64,000 nucleotides of DNA from a virus (Duplodnaviria; Heunggongvirae; Uroviricota; Caudoviricetes). Shown one piece after another: positions 1 to 8,408 of this stretch. The notes under the pieces were generated by a model. That model was not told where the DNA came from. It ran no database searches and saw only the letters and a list, made by a program, of their open reading frames with translations. Position 1 is the stretch's first letter. Every line of letters begins with the position of its first letter. The stretch lies in IMG/VR virus record IMGVR_UViG_3300035208_001992, one strand, 5' to 3'. Both the position numbers and the translations under genes were made by a program.

Positions 1-58
1 TCAATATGTATTCATATGCAGTTGGCGGTGCAACAGTTTCACACGCGTGCCTAGCCAC
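1..58 (-). CDS. MARH-tag family protein, 5' end only (MARHACETVAPPTAYEYIL..., runs off window)
   Basis: Read by hand: GTG GCT AGG CAC GCG TGT GAA starting at 58. Overlaps the TAG (51-53) of the upstream mini-gene by 8 nt. Confidence 0.8.
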   Translation of the reverse strand, partial: MARHACETVAPPTAYEYIL

Positions 59-221
59 TGACTTGTGCCTGATGAGCAGCAGCCATGACTCGGATCTCGA
101 AGAGGCTATAATCGATTTGCAAGATGTCTAGAGATCTTCTTGCTCCATGGTGGAAGATTGACCGAAGCGGCTGTGGTAGGTCAACTGACCGATCTGGAAC
201 TTCACAGGCGTGTCTTGACAT
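51..221 (-). CDS. MARH-tag mini-protein, 56 aa (MSRHACEVPDRSVDLPQ...QVSG), not in ORF track
   Basis: ATG TCA AGA CAC GCC TGT GAA GTT CCA at 221 with AAGGGAG SD 9 nt upstream. Open to TAG at 51-53, which overlaps the next tagged start. Confidence 0.75.
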   Translation of the reverse strand: MSRHACEVPDRSVDLPQPLRSIFHHGARRSLDILQIDYSLFEIRVMAAAHQAQVSG

Positions 222-919
222 GGTACGTGCTCCCTTCTCAATTTGTAGATGTATTTGCGAAATTGACGAAAGCTTAGTCGCCCATGAGCTAACAGCGCTT
301 CAACTGGTATCTCATGCAGTTTCTTCGTGTAACCGTCACGCCAAAGTATTGTGCTACGTCCGTCACAGGTCTTCGTGCCAAGCATTCCGCGTGTCATACA
401 CCTGTTTTCAGAACGCAGCCAGATAAGGACGTTGGCGGCCACTGCTGGAATGATGAGATCAGCATGGTGCTCAATCACGTCTTGCCACGAATTGAACTGG
501 CTTGCGTCAAAATCAAATTCTTCAGCTTTGTCAGTTTCAGTTATCGTGTTGCCAACGATTGAGTACTTGCGTATTGTGATCTTTGGCTTATACGTGTCTG
601 AGCATACGTCAACCAGTGACATCGATCGATAGCTTTTTCCGAACTGCTCCAATTCGAGCCTTATGCTCATGACACCAGTTCGTCTAACATCTTTGCGACG
701 TTCAGCTGTTTCTACTAGCTCGTTGATGCGCTCTTCGACTGACTCATTCACGCGTGCATCATGGCTCATGTCATTGGCTTCAACGTCATCGTATGTAGGA
801 ACCACGCCACATGACTTGACAGAGAAGTCAAGACCGAGTATTCGCACAATGCCACTTCGCAATTTGTAAGCCTTGCGCAGTTGAGCGTGAGGATCTATCT
901 CACGCATGTGCCTAGCCAT
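128..919 (-). CDS. MARH-tag family protein (MARHMRE), 263 aa
   Basis: ORF track; N-terminal tag; 8-nt ATGGCTAG overlap with upstream stop; family blocks IVRILGLDF and LLAHGRLS. Confidence 0.85.
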   Translation of the reverse strand: MARHMREIDPHAQLRKAYKLRSGIVRILGLDFSVKSCGVVPTYDDVEANDMSHDARVNESVEERINELVETAERRKDVRRTGVMSIRLELEQFGKSYRSMSLVDVCSDTYKPKITIRKYSIVGNTITETDKAEEFDFDASQFNSWQDVIEHHADLIIPAVAANVLIWLRSENRCMTRGMLGTKTCDGRSTILWRDGYTKKLHEIPVEALLAHGRLSFRQFRKYIYKLRREHVPCQDTPVKFQIGQLTYHSRFGQSSTMEQEDL

Positions 920-1733
920 TTCGGAAGCAGTATGTTGTTGCGAGTCTTCGGTTGCGTCTGAAATCGCTACCGCAGATCTCAGTCAATTTTGCTGATACAG
1001 CATTAGCAACGTCAAAATCGATTTTGCCATCGTTCACTGGTATCGCGAGTCTTTCTGCGCACCTTTTGAAATCTCTTCCACGCATGACAAATTCTGCGTT
1101 GTTGTCATCTTGGCTTTTTGCATAGCAAGTGCTCTCCAACGTTTCGGCGTCGCGCGCGTCATAGAGGCATCGATATAACACAGAGCTAAGTATGATCTCG
1201 CCATTGCCGGACGTATCAACATCGTTGATCAAGTCAAGACATAAATCAGCGTCTTTCATCGTATACACGTGTTTCAAACCGCGTGATGTTAGCAGTTGTG
1301 AAACCATAGTGTTTGTCATGCCGCGCTCGTCCAGCGTTAAGTACTTCAACAGCGTTTCAGGCGTGTTACCAAATTTCATTTGATCAGCTAGAAACGGATG
1401 CGCTGCATGCAATTTGTAGTTGTAAGCGTCAGAATTTGGACAACAATAAGTTGTTTGACCGCCTACTGACCAATCTCTTGGCAATGCAGAAATTAGACCT
1501 GCAACGTCATGTATTGGACCAAGCAATCTCCAGTTGATGAGTCGCCGTGCTTCACCACGAGTAGTCAAGCCAACTACTAAAGCTTCAATACTTTCCTCAT
1601 CAACGTCATAGACGCTGAACAATTCAATGTCGATACCGCAGAAACGCATGATAGGACGATCTTTGACAGCACGCACAACATCAGTTGCTGTTGTGCAATC
1701 TGGATCGTATTGCTCAGCCATTCGTCTAGCCAT
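912..1733 (-). CDS. MARH-tag family protein (variant MARRMAE), 273 aa
   Basis: GGAG SD; ATGGCTAG overlap; family blocks MRFCGIDIEL and VNDGKIDF. Confidence 0.85.
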   Translation of the reverse strand: MARRMAEQYDPDCTTATDVVRAVKDRPIMRFCGIDIELFSVYDVDEESIEALVVGLTTRGEARRLINWRLLGPIHDVAGLISALPRDWSVGGQTTYCCPNSDAYNYKLHAAHPFLADQMKFGNTPETLLKYLTLDERGMTNTMVSQLLTSRGLKHVYTMKDADLCLDLINDVDTSGNGEIILSSVLYRCLYDARDAETLESTCYAKSQDDNNAEFVMRGRDFKRCAERLAIPVNDGKIDFDVANAVSAKLTEICGSDFRRNRRLATTYCFRNG

Positions 1734-2445
1734 GTGTTAGCTCCACTGCTTTTTCGAATACCAGATCTGTATTGAACTTACCATGTCCGTCTGTGATGTC
1801 ATCTATGCTGTACTTCAGCTTCATACGAGTGTTTTCAACGCGTATGACTTCGTCAAGAGACTCACCAGGCAGAATTGACGTCATAGTGTTGAAGCAGAAC
1901 GGGCCATCTCCACCGCTTAGCCAAGGTTTTGCTAGTTCACAATCGTTTGAAAGGCGCACGCGCAGCTCCTTTATGAAGTCTGCACCAAGTATGTACGTGG
2001 CTGAACGCTCGGGCAAGCCTGCAACCAACGCCGCTAAGCTTGAAACGCATTTGACGACTGAGTGTTCGCTCGGATCTATTGCTTGGCAGAAGAAAGCGCC
2101 TTCTTGGATGCGCTTTGGCGCCGATACGTAATAGAAACGTCGGTCACATGCTGAAGTGAAGATGAATTGCTTGAATGGTCGTGCTGGCTCGCCTTTCATT
2201 GTTAGTGTCAAGAGAGGCTTCCACGCGTCACTGCCACGCGGAAACAGCATACTAGCTGCTGTGTCTTCAACAGCGAAATTTGAGAGCGCATATTGAAGCA
2301 TTGTCAAGTGACTTGACGAGTTGACATTGTAGTCGACACCATGGAGTTTGATTTCTTTGCTTGCGATTAGCATGTCAATGATCAACGCTGCGTACTCAAT
2401 AGGATCGCTGGGTACAGTGTTGCGTTCACATGCATGCCTAGCCAT
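1726..2445 (-). CDS. MARH-tag family protein (MARHACE), 239 aa; start corrected from 2460
   Basis: ATG at 2445 with GGAG 9 nt upstream and 8-nt overlap with TAG at 2438-2440. Confidence 0.85.
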   Translation of the reverse strand: MARHACERNTVPSDPIEYAALIIDMLIASKEIKLHGVDYNVNSSSHLTMLQYALSNFAVEDTAASMLFPRGSDAWKPLLTLTMKGEPARPFKQFIFTSACDRRFYYVSAPKRIQEGAFFCQAIDPSEHSVVKCVSSLAALVAGLPERSATYILGADFIKELRVRLSNDCELAKPWLSGGDGPFCFNTMTSILPGESLDEVIRVENTRMKLKYSIDDITDGHGKFNTDLVFEKAVELTHG

Positions 2446-3148
2446 CGTTGTCGGCTCCAAGCAGCTTCAATGCACTAGCGATGTTCGATCGCAATTGATC
2501 ATTGCTCGAGATGAGCACACCTGTGCTATGCAATGATCCAACAAGATCTCGCAACGTGTTCTCAAGCTGCTTCACGCGATCGCTATATGCTTGCAAGGTA
2601 CGTGGCGGCTCGAAATCGATGTTGAAGATGCGTCTACGAGTGTCTTTTCTTGACGCAAGCAGAAACTTCTTGCTGTCCTGGTTAAGATCACCGACCAACG
2701 TCAATTGACATACTGCGCTTAAGCTTTCAAAATACTCACCATTGTTAGTGAATACGATGCGCTTGGATCCATTGCCACTATTGATCTGGTTGAATATCAT
2801 TGAAGCAGGATTGCGTACAGAGTCAAAATGAGCAGCACTCTTCAAGTACGGAAACAGATCAAGGTATATGATGATCCCTTGAGCGCTTGCGCGACCAAGC
2901 AATGGGTTACCTGGGCCATTGCCATCATGCGTCACGGACACGTTGTGTAGGCAAAACACAGACGGATCTATGCGTGTCCGCCAGCGTCCAGGTATGACTA
3001 AGACGCTACGTGACTTGTCTGCGTCAGCATAAGCAGTGATAAGCCATGATGCGAATGAACTGAACAACGCAGCATTGCTCTCAATTCCAGTCAAATCAAT
3101 GACCGTGTGCTGTTGAAGCGTTCCAAACATGTTTTCAAGATCAAGCAT
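2438..3148 (-). CDS. hypothetical protein, 236 aa; the only gene in the array without the tag
   Basis: ORF track; GGAG SD; ATGCTTGA 8-nt overlap; contains LTLVGDLNQD. Confidence 0.8.
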   Translation of the reverse strand: MLDLENMFGTLQQHTVIDLTGIESNAALFSSFASWLITAYADADKSRSVLVIPGRWRTRIDPSVFCLHNVSVTHDGNGPGNPLLGRASAQGIIIYLDLFPYLKSAAHFDSVRNPASMIFNQINSGNGSKRIVFTNNGEYFESLSAVCQLTLVGDLNQDSKKFLLASRKDTRRRIFNIDFEPPRTLQAYSDRVKQLENTLRDLVGSLHSTGVLISSNDQLRSNIASALKLLGADNDG

Positions 3149-4172
3149 TCAGTACTCCAAGTGTTAGTGAATCGCCCATCGCGACTATTCGATTTCTACC
3201 GCGAGTTTCGCGGGTGATGAAATTCATCTCATCAATTACGATTGTTGGATGGTCTTCATCTTTGTCATGCGCTTGTCCATGAGCGTCACGTCTCGCTCGT
3301 CTTTGCTGCTGCGCGTAGTCACCAAGCGCGAACATCGATTTTCCGGCACCTCGTGAAATGGTCATAGCTCCAACGTGCTTGTCACCTATGACCTTCATGA
3401 TAAACTCTGATTGACGCTTCTCTTCACGCGCAATACCAAGTTTGACGACTTCAACTGCTGCTCGTGCAGCATCACCCTGCAGGTTGCCGTCAACTAATAG
3501 ATCCTTCAGCATCCAGCTATGCTTGTTCTTTTCTTTGCCGCCAACAAGTTCAATGAATTCAATACGTACATCGTCATCATTGCTGCCAACGTGAGTCAAG
3601 TTCATAAAGTTTCGTACAACATACTCAGTGCCCTTGATTGAGTAGTTAGTCAGTTGATCTTTCTTTGCCAAGTATGTGAACAAATAACTCAAGTAGTTCT
3701 CAAGTATGCTCAACTTTATGCTCATTGGCAACTGGTCTGTCTCTGCTTGCAAGTCGCTCGAACGCACAGAGTGCATTGACGGCATATTCATTAAGCGACT
3801 GCCAATAGGCGCAAACCACATGCTACCGCTCATCGACTCGACGTTGATGAAAGGCTCAATGACAGGTTGCCCGCCAATTTTGATGATCTTGCCGTTCAAC
3901 GATAGTGCTGTAAGCACGAACGGGCGCATTGACGCTTGCATTGACAGATATGGTACGCACGTTTTTGAATGCTCAAGCCAATTGACGATGTTTTCTATGA
4001 ATGGCACGTCTTTCTGATCTGTCATATACGCGTAATCGATCCCATTGAACGGTGCTTGTGAGATCAAACAGATTTTGACGCCACAAAGACTGATGAACAA
4101 GTTGTCAGCAACCTTGCGATCAATACTGCGGATCACTGCGTATTCATCGACTTCGTGCATATGTCTGGTCAT
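3141..4172 (-). CDS. MARH-tag family protein (MTRHMHE), 343 aa, with P-loop-like C-terminal extension
   Basis: AGGAG SD; ATGA overlap; blocks ISLCGVKI and LLVDGNL; tail contains RGAGKS...IVIDE...IVAMGD. Confidence 0.85.
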   Translation of the reverse strand: MTRHMHEVDEYAVIRSIDRKVADNLFISLCGVKICLISQAPFNGIDYAYMTDQKDVPFIENIVNWLEHSKTCVPYLSMQASMRPFVLTALSLNGKIIKIGGQPVIEPFINVESMSGSMWFAPIGSRLMNMPSMHSVRSSDLQAETDQLPMSIKLSILENYLSYLFTYLAKKDQLTNYSIKGTEYVVRNFMNLTHVGSNDDDVRIEFIELVGGKEKNKHSWMLKDLLVDGNLQGDAARAAVEVVKLGIAREEKRQSEFIMKVIGDKHVGAMTISRGAGKSMFALGDYAQQQRRARRDAHGQAHDKDEDHPTIVIDEMNFITRETRGRNRIVAMGDSLTLGVLNA

Positions 4173-4821
4173 ACGTCATTCTCCTGTTTGTCAGCATACT
4201 TCAGTTTGTGTTGGCAATAAAGCTCAACTAACTTTGTTGGTGATACCGCTTTGTCAACTATGAGATCATCAAGCGGCACATACGTTGATGACCAGCACTG
4301 TTGTTGTTGATCAACATGAAACCTCAACACGTCCGATGGATTATTGACTTGAAACATCGACATAGTCAGCGGTTCGGTTTTGAGGATCAAGAAATCCACA
4401 GTGTCGAGCTTGTCATCGCCAGCTAGACACTCATAATCATTCTTGTGCACGCAAACGCCATCGATCCAAGCGTCAACAACTGCTACCTTAGCTATACTCA
4501 TTCGCGTGCTTTGTGGCAGCGCATCAACAAAGCGTTGCGGCGTTGTAGCGGTAACTAGTGCGTCATTGACGACAAAGCAATCATCAGCAACTGCCGACGT
4601 TAGATACAAGCGCCGACCTAGCTTGCATTCTAGCAACAGCGATCCGACGACCAATAAACTGCTTTGATGAATAGTGCCTGCTGACAAAAATGTCTAAGAC
4701 GGCTATCGTCTGAGTAAACCATCATGAATTCTATTCCGTAGATTTCAACCATGTTCGACTTACTGATCGCCGAAACTAGTTGAATCCACAGAGGTCTTTG
4801 CTCATACGCATGACGCGGCAC
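4169..4821 (-). pseudogene. MARH-tag family gene (MPRHAYE) split by a 1-nt frameshift (ORFs 4630..4821 and 4169..4687)
   Basis: The tagged 63-aa ORF overlaps an untagged 172-aa ORF carrying the family blocks QRFVDALP and LDDLIVDK. Adding one T to the T5 run at 4686-4690 gives a 217-aa protein of typical family length. Confidence 0.7.
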
Positions 4822-5446
4822 CGGTCACCTCATCGTCAAAGTAGTGGACCATGCTATTGAATTTCAGCTGCTCAACAAATTTTGTCGTAGCCTGTCCCGT
4901 GGCATCTATGATCTCCAAGTCATTTATGTTCAGACCATGAACACTCGAGTATCGCGTCGACAAGCTAAATTCGCCTTCTAGTGACTGCAATGTGAGTATT
5001 AGGTCGCCGTCGACCTCACCATGGTTGATTCGACGATGTACGGCTGTTGTCACTATCTTATGCAAAACGCTAGTGACGATCTCAATTGGAAAGCTGTCGA
5101 TCACTTGCTGTGCGTTTGAACCCATGAATTGAATCACAATGCTACCAAAGTCATGCATTGCCGTGCCAGAGTCTTTATTGACGTTCAACAATGATACTGC
5201 ATGTGCTTTGTTTGGCCATGAGAGCGTCAAATAGTCTGGGTCGAACATGAGCTGCTGCGGATCTGGCGTTCGACGATCTGGCATGTTCCATGGACCTACG
5301 TGTGCACGTATCTTCAAGTCCTTGGCTACCATCAAAAATTGACGGCCTAAGAACGTTACTGGTTCTGGGCCGTCATTTACTAGACGTCTTAGCATCTTTG
5401 CGAGATGCTGAGCAGGATTCAGTTCTTCATAGGCATGTCTTGCCAC
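4802..5446 (-). CDS. MARH-tag family protein (MARHAYE, GTG start), 214 aa
   Basis: AAGGAG SD; first gene after the promoter-like motif; its TGA stop lies in codons 6/7 of the next tag. Confidence 0.85.
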   Translation of the reverse strand: MARHAYEELNPAQHLAKMLRRLVNDGPEPVTFLGRQFLMVAKDLKIRAHVGPWNMPDRRTPDPQQLMFDPDYLTLSWPNKAHAVSLLNVNKDSGTAMHDFGSIVIQFMGSNAQQVIDSFPIEIVTSVLHKIVTTAVHRRINHGEVDGDLILTLQSLEGEFSLSTRYSSVHGLNINDLEIIDATGQATTKFVEQLKFNSMVHYFDDEVTGAASCV

Positions 5447-5458
5447 TTGCGCTCCTTT

Positions 5459-5497
5459 CTATTGCTAATAGTCATTTACTCAGTCGCAAGTTTACGC
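5459..5497 (-). promoter_or_regulatory. conserved promoter-like motif GCGTAAAC-N10-GTAAAT-N4-ATTAG-N3-TAG, copy 1
   Basis: Same blocks and identical spacing as 13727-13765; spans one of the few intergenic gaps in the array. Confidence 0.65.
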
Positions 5498-6127
5498 ATG
5501 GTTAACGTCTAACATTTTGAATGAATCTTGTAAGATCTTAGCAATTTTAGCATCGTCAATCTCGTGACCAGTCACAATCTCTGCGATGTCATCAACGATC
5601 GCTCTATGTCCATCAGAGCTGATCAATGTCAAGTCGTAAGATTCATTGTCATCACTGAGATTCACGACTACTCGTCTTTTAGCAATGCAACCAGCAACGC
5701 GATAATAGCGAGCTCTCATCAGCACCTTTAGAGACTTCAATCTGTCTGTAAGCGGTAAGTTGTCGATGTAGTGCTGCAAACCAACAGGTGCTTGACTAGG
5801 CCGGCCTTGCACGGCGTTAATCACAGCCGACTCGAAAAGCGTTGTCAATGAACATGGCATCGGCACACGCACAATTGTCGACGTGGTCAGTAATGTACTG
5901 TCGGCTAAACAGGTCCAGCCAGGTTGCAAATAAAAGAAGTCACCAGAATTGTCGAAACCAATTCGGGCGCCAACGCTTATTCTGAGCACTGTGTTAATGC
6001 CAAATAGTCTTACGATGCAATCCACATATTGAATATACTCGAACTCGTTTGTCATCACTGGCCCACGTCGAAACATGCCAACGATGATTTGGTCGATCAT
6101 CAGTTGCTCATGCGCGTGTCTGGCCAT
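5492..6127 (-). CDS. MARH-tag family protein (MARHAHE), 211 aa; start corrected from 6211
   Basis: AGGAGG SD before ATG 6127; 20-nt overlap with upstream TGA at 6108. Confidence 0.85.
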   Translation of the reverse strand: MARHAHEQLMIDQIIVGMFRRGPVMTNEFEYIQYVDCIVRLFGINTVLRISVGARIGFDNSGDFFYLQPGWTCLADSTLLTTSTIVRVPMPCSLTTLFESAVINAVQGRPSQAPVGLQHYIDNLPLTDRLKSLKVLMRARYYRVAGCIAKRRVVVNLSDDNESYDLTLISSDGHRAIVDDIAEIVTGHEIDDAKIAKILQDSFKMLDVNHA

Positions 6128-6659
6128 TGCGTTGCCTCCTAGGCTTCGTGATCCTAGCGATGATAGGAGCGATCTTGTTTTCGTTGATACTGCCGTCGCT
6201 GATGACGTCACTTAATTTCACTATTTGCGACTTGAGCGTTTTGTTGAAACCAATGATTACACTACGGCTGTATCCAACGATCGTACTGTTACGCGTGTAG
6301 CAGACACTGACGTATTTGTTGTCTTTCACGCCCATCTCTTCGATGCATGCTCTGACCGCATGCTCGATTAGATCCACTTTGATTTCGCTCAACACATTCT
6401 TGATCACGCTTTTAGCGATGTTCAACGGATCAACTATGGTGCTAGTGAAAAGATAGTAGTAGGCGTCATCTCCTTGGTGAAGATGAGCAACATCGACTCT
6501 GCCACGCCAAGGAGCTGCGCTTGGAACAGCATACAGCAGACCAACAGGATCCAAACGCAATTCAAAGATGATGCCGTCCAGCTTGAACTCTTGACCAGCG
6601 CATACAGCGCGTCGCACGCGCGAGCCGTTAGTTAGTGGTTCATACGCGTGTCTACTCAT
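6108..6659 (-). CDS. MARH-tag family protein (MSRHAYE), 183 aa; start corrected from 6716
   Basis: ATGAGTAG 8-nt overlap; blocks FKLDGIIF and VISDGSIN. Confidence 0.85.
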   Translation of the reverse strand: MSRHAYEPLTNGSRVRRAVCAGQEFKLDGIIFELRLDPVGLLYAVPSAAPWRGRVDVAHLHQGDDAYYYLFTSTIVDPLNIAKSVIKNVLSEIKVDLIEHAVRACIEEMGVKDNKYVSVCYTRNSTIVGYSRSVIIGFNKTLKSQIVKLSDVISDGSINENKIAPIIARITKPRRQRNGQTRA

Positions 6660-7299
6660 CTTCGTGCAACCTCTCGCGGTAACTGCCAAGCACCCACTTA
6701 AGAACAGCCTCACCATCGATTTTGCTATTCACTGTGATGTCGGCTATTTTGACGTTTGTTCTTTCTATGTCAAAATGCCTTTTGTAGCGCTTATTTGGTG
6801 GCAGCCATAACGCAGATAAGCTTAAGCGATTATTGCACCATACAGAAAAGATCAAATCGCTATGCACATACATACTATGCGTGCGCCTAACAGCTATGGA
6901 ACTTGGCAGTTCATCGTTGAACGGTAGCAAACTTGATTTCACGAGCATATCAATGATGCTTGACTTCGTTGGGCCAGGCATGCCATTCGTCAGCTGCATC
7001 TCATCAGTTGCAGTAAAGGCATACATTCCAGTGGCAGTGCGCGAGTACACAATGTCATTGCGCTCATAAGATTCACGTGCAATGTTGATCTTTGACAATG
7101 ATTCGGGATCATGACAGTCAATCATCACACGTCCAAAATCATGCGTGGCTTCTTCACCATCTTCATTCATGAAATAGAATGGCTCTTCATGTGAGCAGAC
7201 TAAGGCATTCAACCCACAAATTTCGATTGTTGCTGGCTTGCTGACAAGTGATCGAGCCCAGTCTATAGGTTGCATTCGTTCGTACATGTGCCTAGCCAT
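6652..7299 (-). CDS. MARH-tag family protein (MARHMYE), 215 aa; start corrected from 7356
   Basis: GGAG SD; ATGGCTAG overlap with the mini-gene stop at 7292. Confidence 0.85.
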   Translation of the reverse strand: MARHMYERMQPIDWARSLVSKPATIEICGLNALVCSHEEPFYFMNEDGEEATHDFGRVMIDCHDPESLSKINIARESYERNDIVYSRTATGMYAFTATDEMQLTNGMPGPTKSSIIDMLVKSSLLPFNDELPSSIAVRRTHSMYVHSDLIFSVWCNNRLSLSALWLPPNKRYKRHFDIERTNVKIADITVNSKIDGEAVLKWVLGSYRERLHEDE

Positions 7300-7456
7300 G
7301 TGATGCAGTCTCCATTTGTTCGCGATCATGCAGCATTCGAGCAAGCACTTGGTCACTAACTTGCAAGGTTTGGAATGGCTTCAAAGTTCCGTTCATTTGC
7401 ATAAAACTCACAACGATTTCTACTATGCCTGGCACTTCACATGCGTGCCTAGCCAT
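7292..7456 (-). CDS. MARH-tag mini-protein, 54 aa (MARHACEVPGIVEIV...ASHG), not in ORF track
   Basis: Translated by hand; coupled at both ends by ATGGCTAG overlaps. Confidence 0.8.
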   Translation of the reverse strand: MARHACEVPGIVEIVVSFMQMNGTLKPFQTLQVSDQVLARMLHDREQMETASHG

Positions 7457-7631
7457 GAGACATCAACCTAGCTGCAGGTGGCCTGATCTGTATAAGTGAT
7501 TCGGTGAACTGTTTGAACATCTTCTCAGCATCGACTTGCCCAAACGTTGACACTTCGTCAAACGCGCACCAAACTCGCGTGCCGCCGCGCAATCGCTGAA
7601 CATCAGGTACTTCACAACCGTGTCCAGCCAT
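7449..7631 (-). CDS. MARH-tag mini-protein, 60 aa (variant MAGHGCEVPD...); start corrected from 7673
   Basis: AGGAG SD 8 nt before ATG 7631; upstream mini-gene stops at the TGA inside the tag (7612). Confidence 0.75.
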   Translation of the reverse strand: MAGHGCEVPDVQRLRGGTRVWCAFDEVSTFGQVDAEKMFKQFTESLIQIRPPAARLMSHG

Positions 7632-7776
7632 TTGAGATCTCCTGTCGACGACGTCTTTCTTCCATTGCTTCATTTATCCATTTTGGTGACAAGTCATAGA
7701 CTCGTATCATGCGCCCGTCATTGCGCTCAATTGTCATGACATTTTCGTCTTTCACTTCTGCGCCGTGTCTAGCCAT
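7612..7776 (-). CDS. MARH-tag mini-protein, 54 aa (MARHGAEVKDENV...GWTRL), not in ORF track
   Basis: GGAGG SD before ATG GCT AGA CAC GGC GCA GAA at 7776; open to TGA at 7612. Confidence 0.8.
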   Translation of the reverse strand: MARHGAEVKDENVMTIERNDGRMIRVYDLSPKWINEAMEERRRRQEISNGWTRL

Positions 7777-8408
7777 TTGGCAACCTCCGCTTCTTTGAAT
7801 TTGTCAAAGCATATAAGTGCTCGCTCGAACAGGAAGTGTTCGTCAAGAGCGCCGTCTTTGATGCATTCATCTAACTTACAAATAGGCATAGGCATGATCA
7901 TGCGTCTGTCACTTGTCATTATCGCAAAGCCGATCAGCAAGTCATGACTACTTAAGTTGTATGTAATCAGCGAACGCAACAACGTATCACGAGAAATGCT
8001 GGTGATTTTTTTGATGCTAGATAAGATGTCGTAGCGCGCGATGATTGAAGATCTGACGTGGCAACCGATTACGTTAGAAATCAAGTTGTCAGGAGCGCAA
8101 TCAATCAACTCTTGCGCGTTAATGCTGGATGGAACATTGACACGATTAGACATGTTGTACGTGCCAGCGCCATCGTCCTCTGTCGAATTGAATCGTGCAA
8201 TAACGCTTTCACCAAGATCATGCCTGAATAACCATGTCACGTTGAGCCATTGACTGTCCGCAATTATGACGCGATCTTCATCGTAATCTGAGCCACAACG
8301 CCTCCACACTTTGCCATTAAGTCCATGCATAGTCGCGTCTATTGGACAAGCTAACGCGTTCATCCAGCGAGTCATTGGTTGACACTGTTCGTATGCGTGT
8401 CTAGGCAT
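7752..8408 (-). CDS. MARH-tag family protein (MPRHAYE), 218 aa; start corrected from 8441
   Basis: ATGCCTAG overlap; blocks QELIDCAP and CIKDGALD. Confidence 0.85.
   Translation of the reverse strand: MPRHAYEQCQPMTRWMNALACPIDATMHGLNGKVWRRCGSDYDEDRVIIADSQWLNVTWLFRHDLGESVIARFNSTEDDGAGTYNMSNRVNVPSSINAQELIDCAPDNLISNVIGCHVRSSIIARYDILSSIKKITSISRDTLLRSLITYNLSSHDLLIGFAIMTSDRRMIMPMPICKLDECIKDGALDEHFLFERALICFDKFKEAEVAKWLDTAQK

Noticed and set aside
106-135. Degenerate tag ATC TCT AGA CAT (ISRHLA) after a GGAG
   Set aside because: There is no start codon and no Glu7, a stop follows after nine codons, and the region is better explained by the 51..221 mini-gene.
899-919. Histone H3 tail (ARTK) mimicry by the AR- N-terminus
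   Set aside because: SD sites, operons and intrinsic terminators indicate a prokaryotic host, and the similarity is only two residues.
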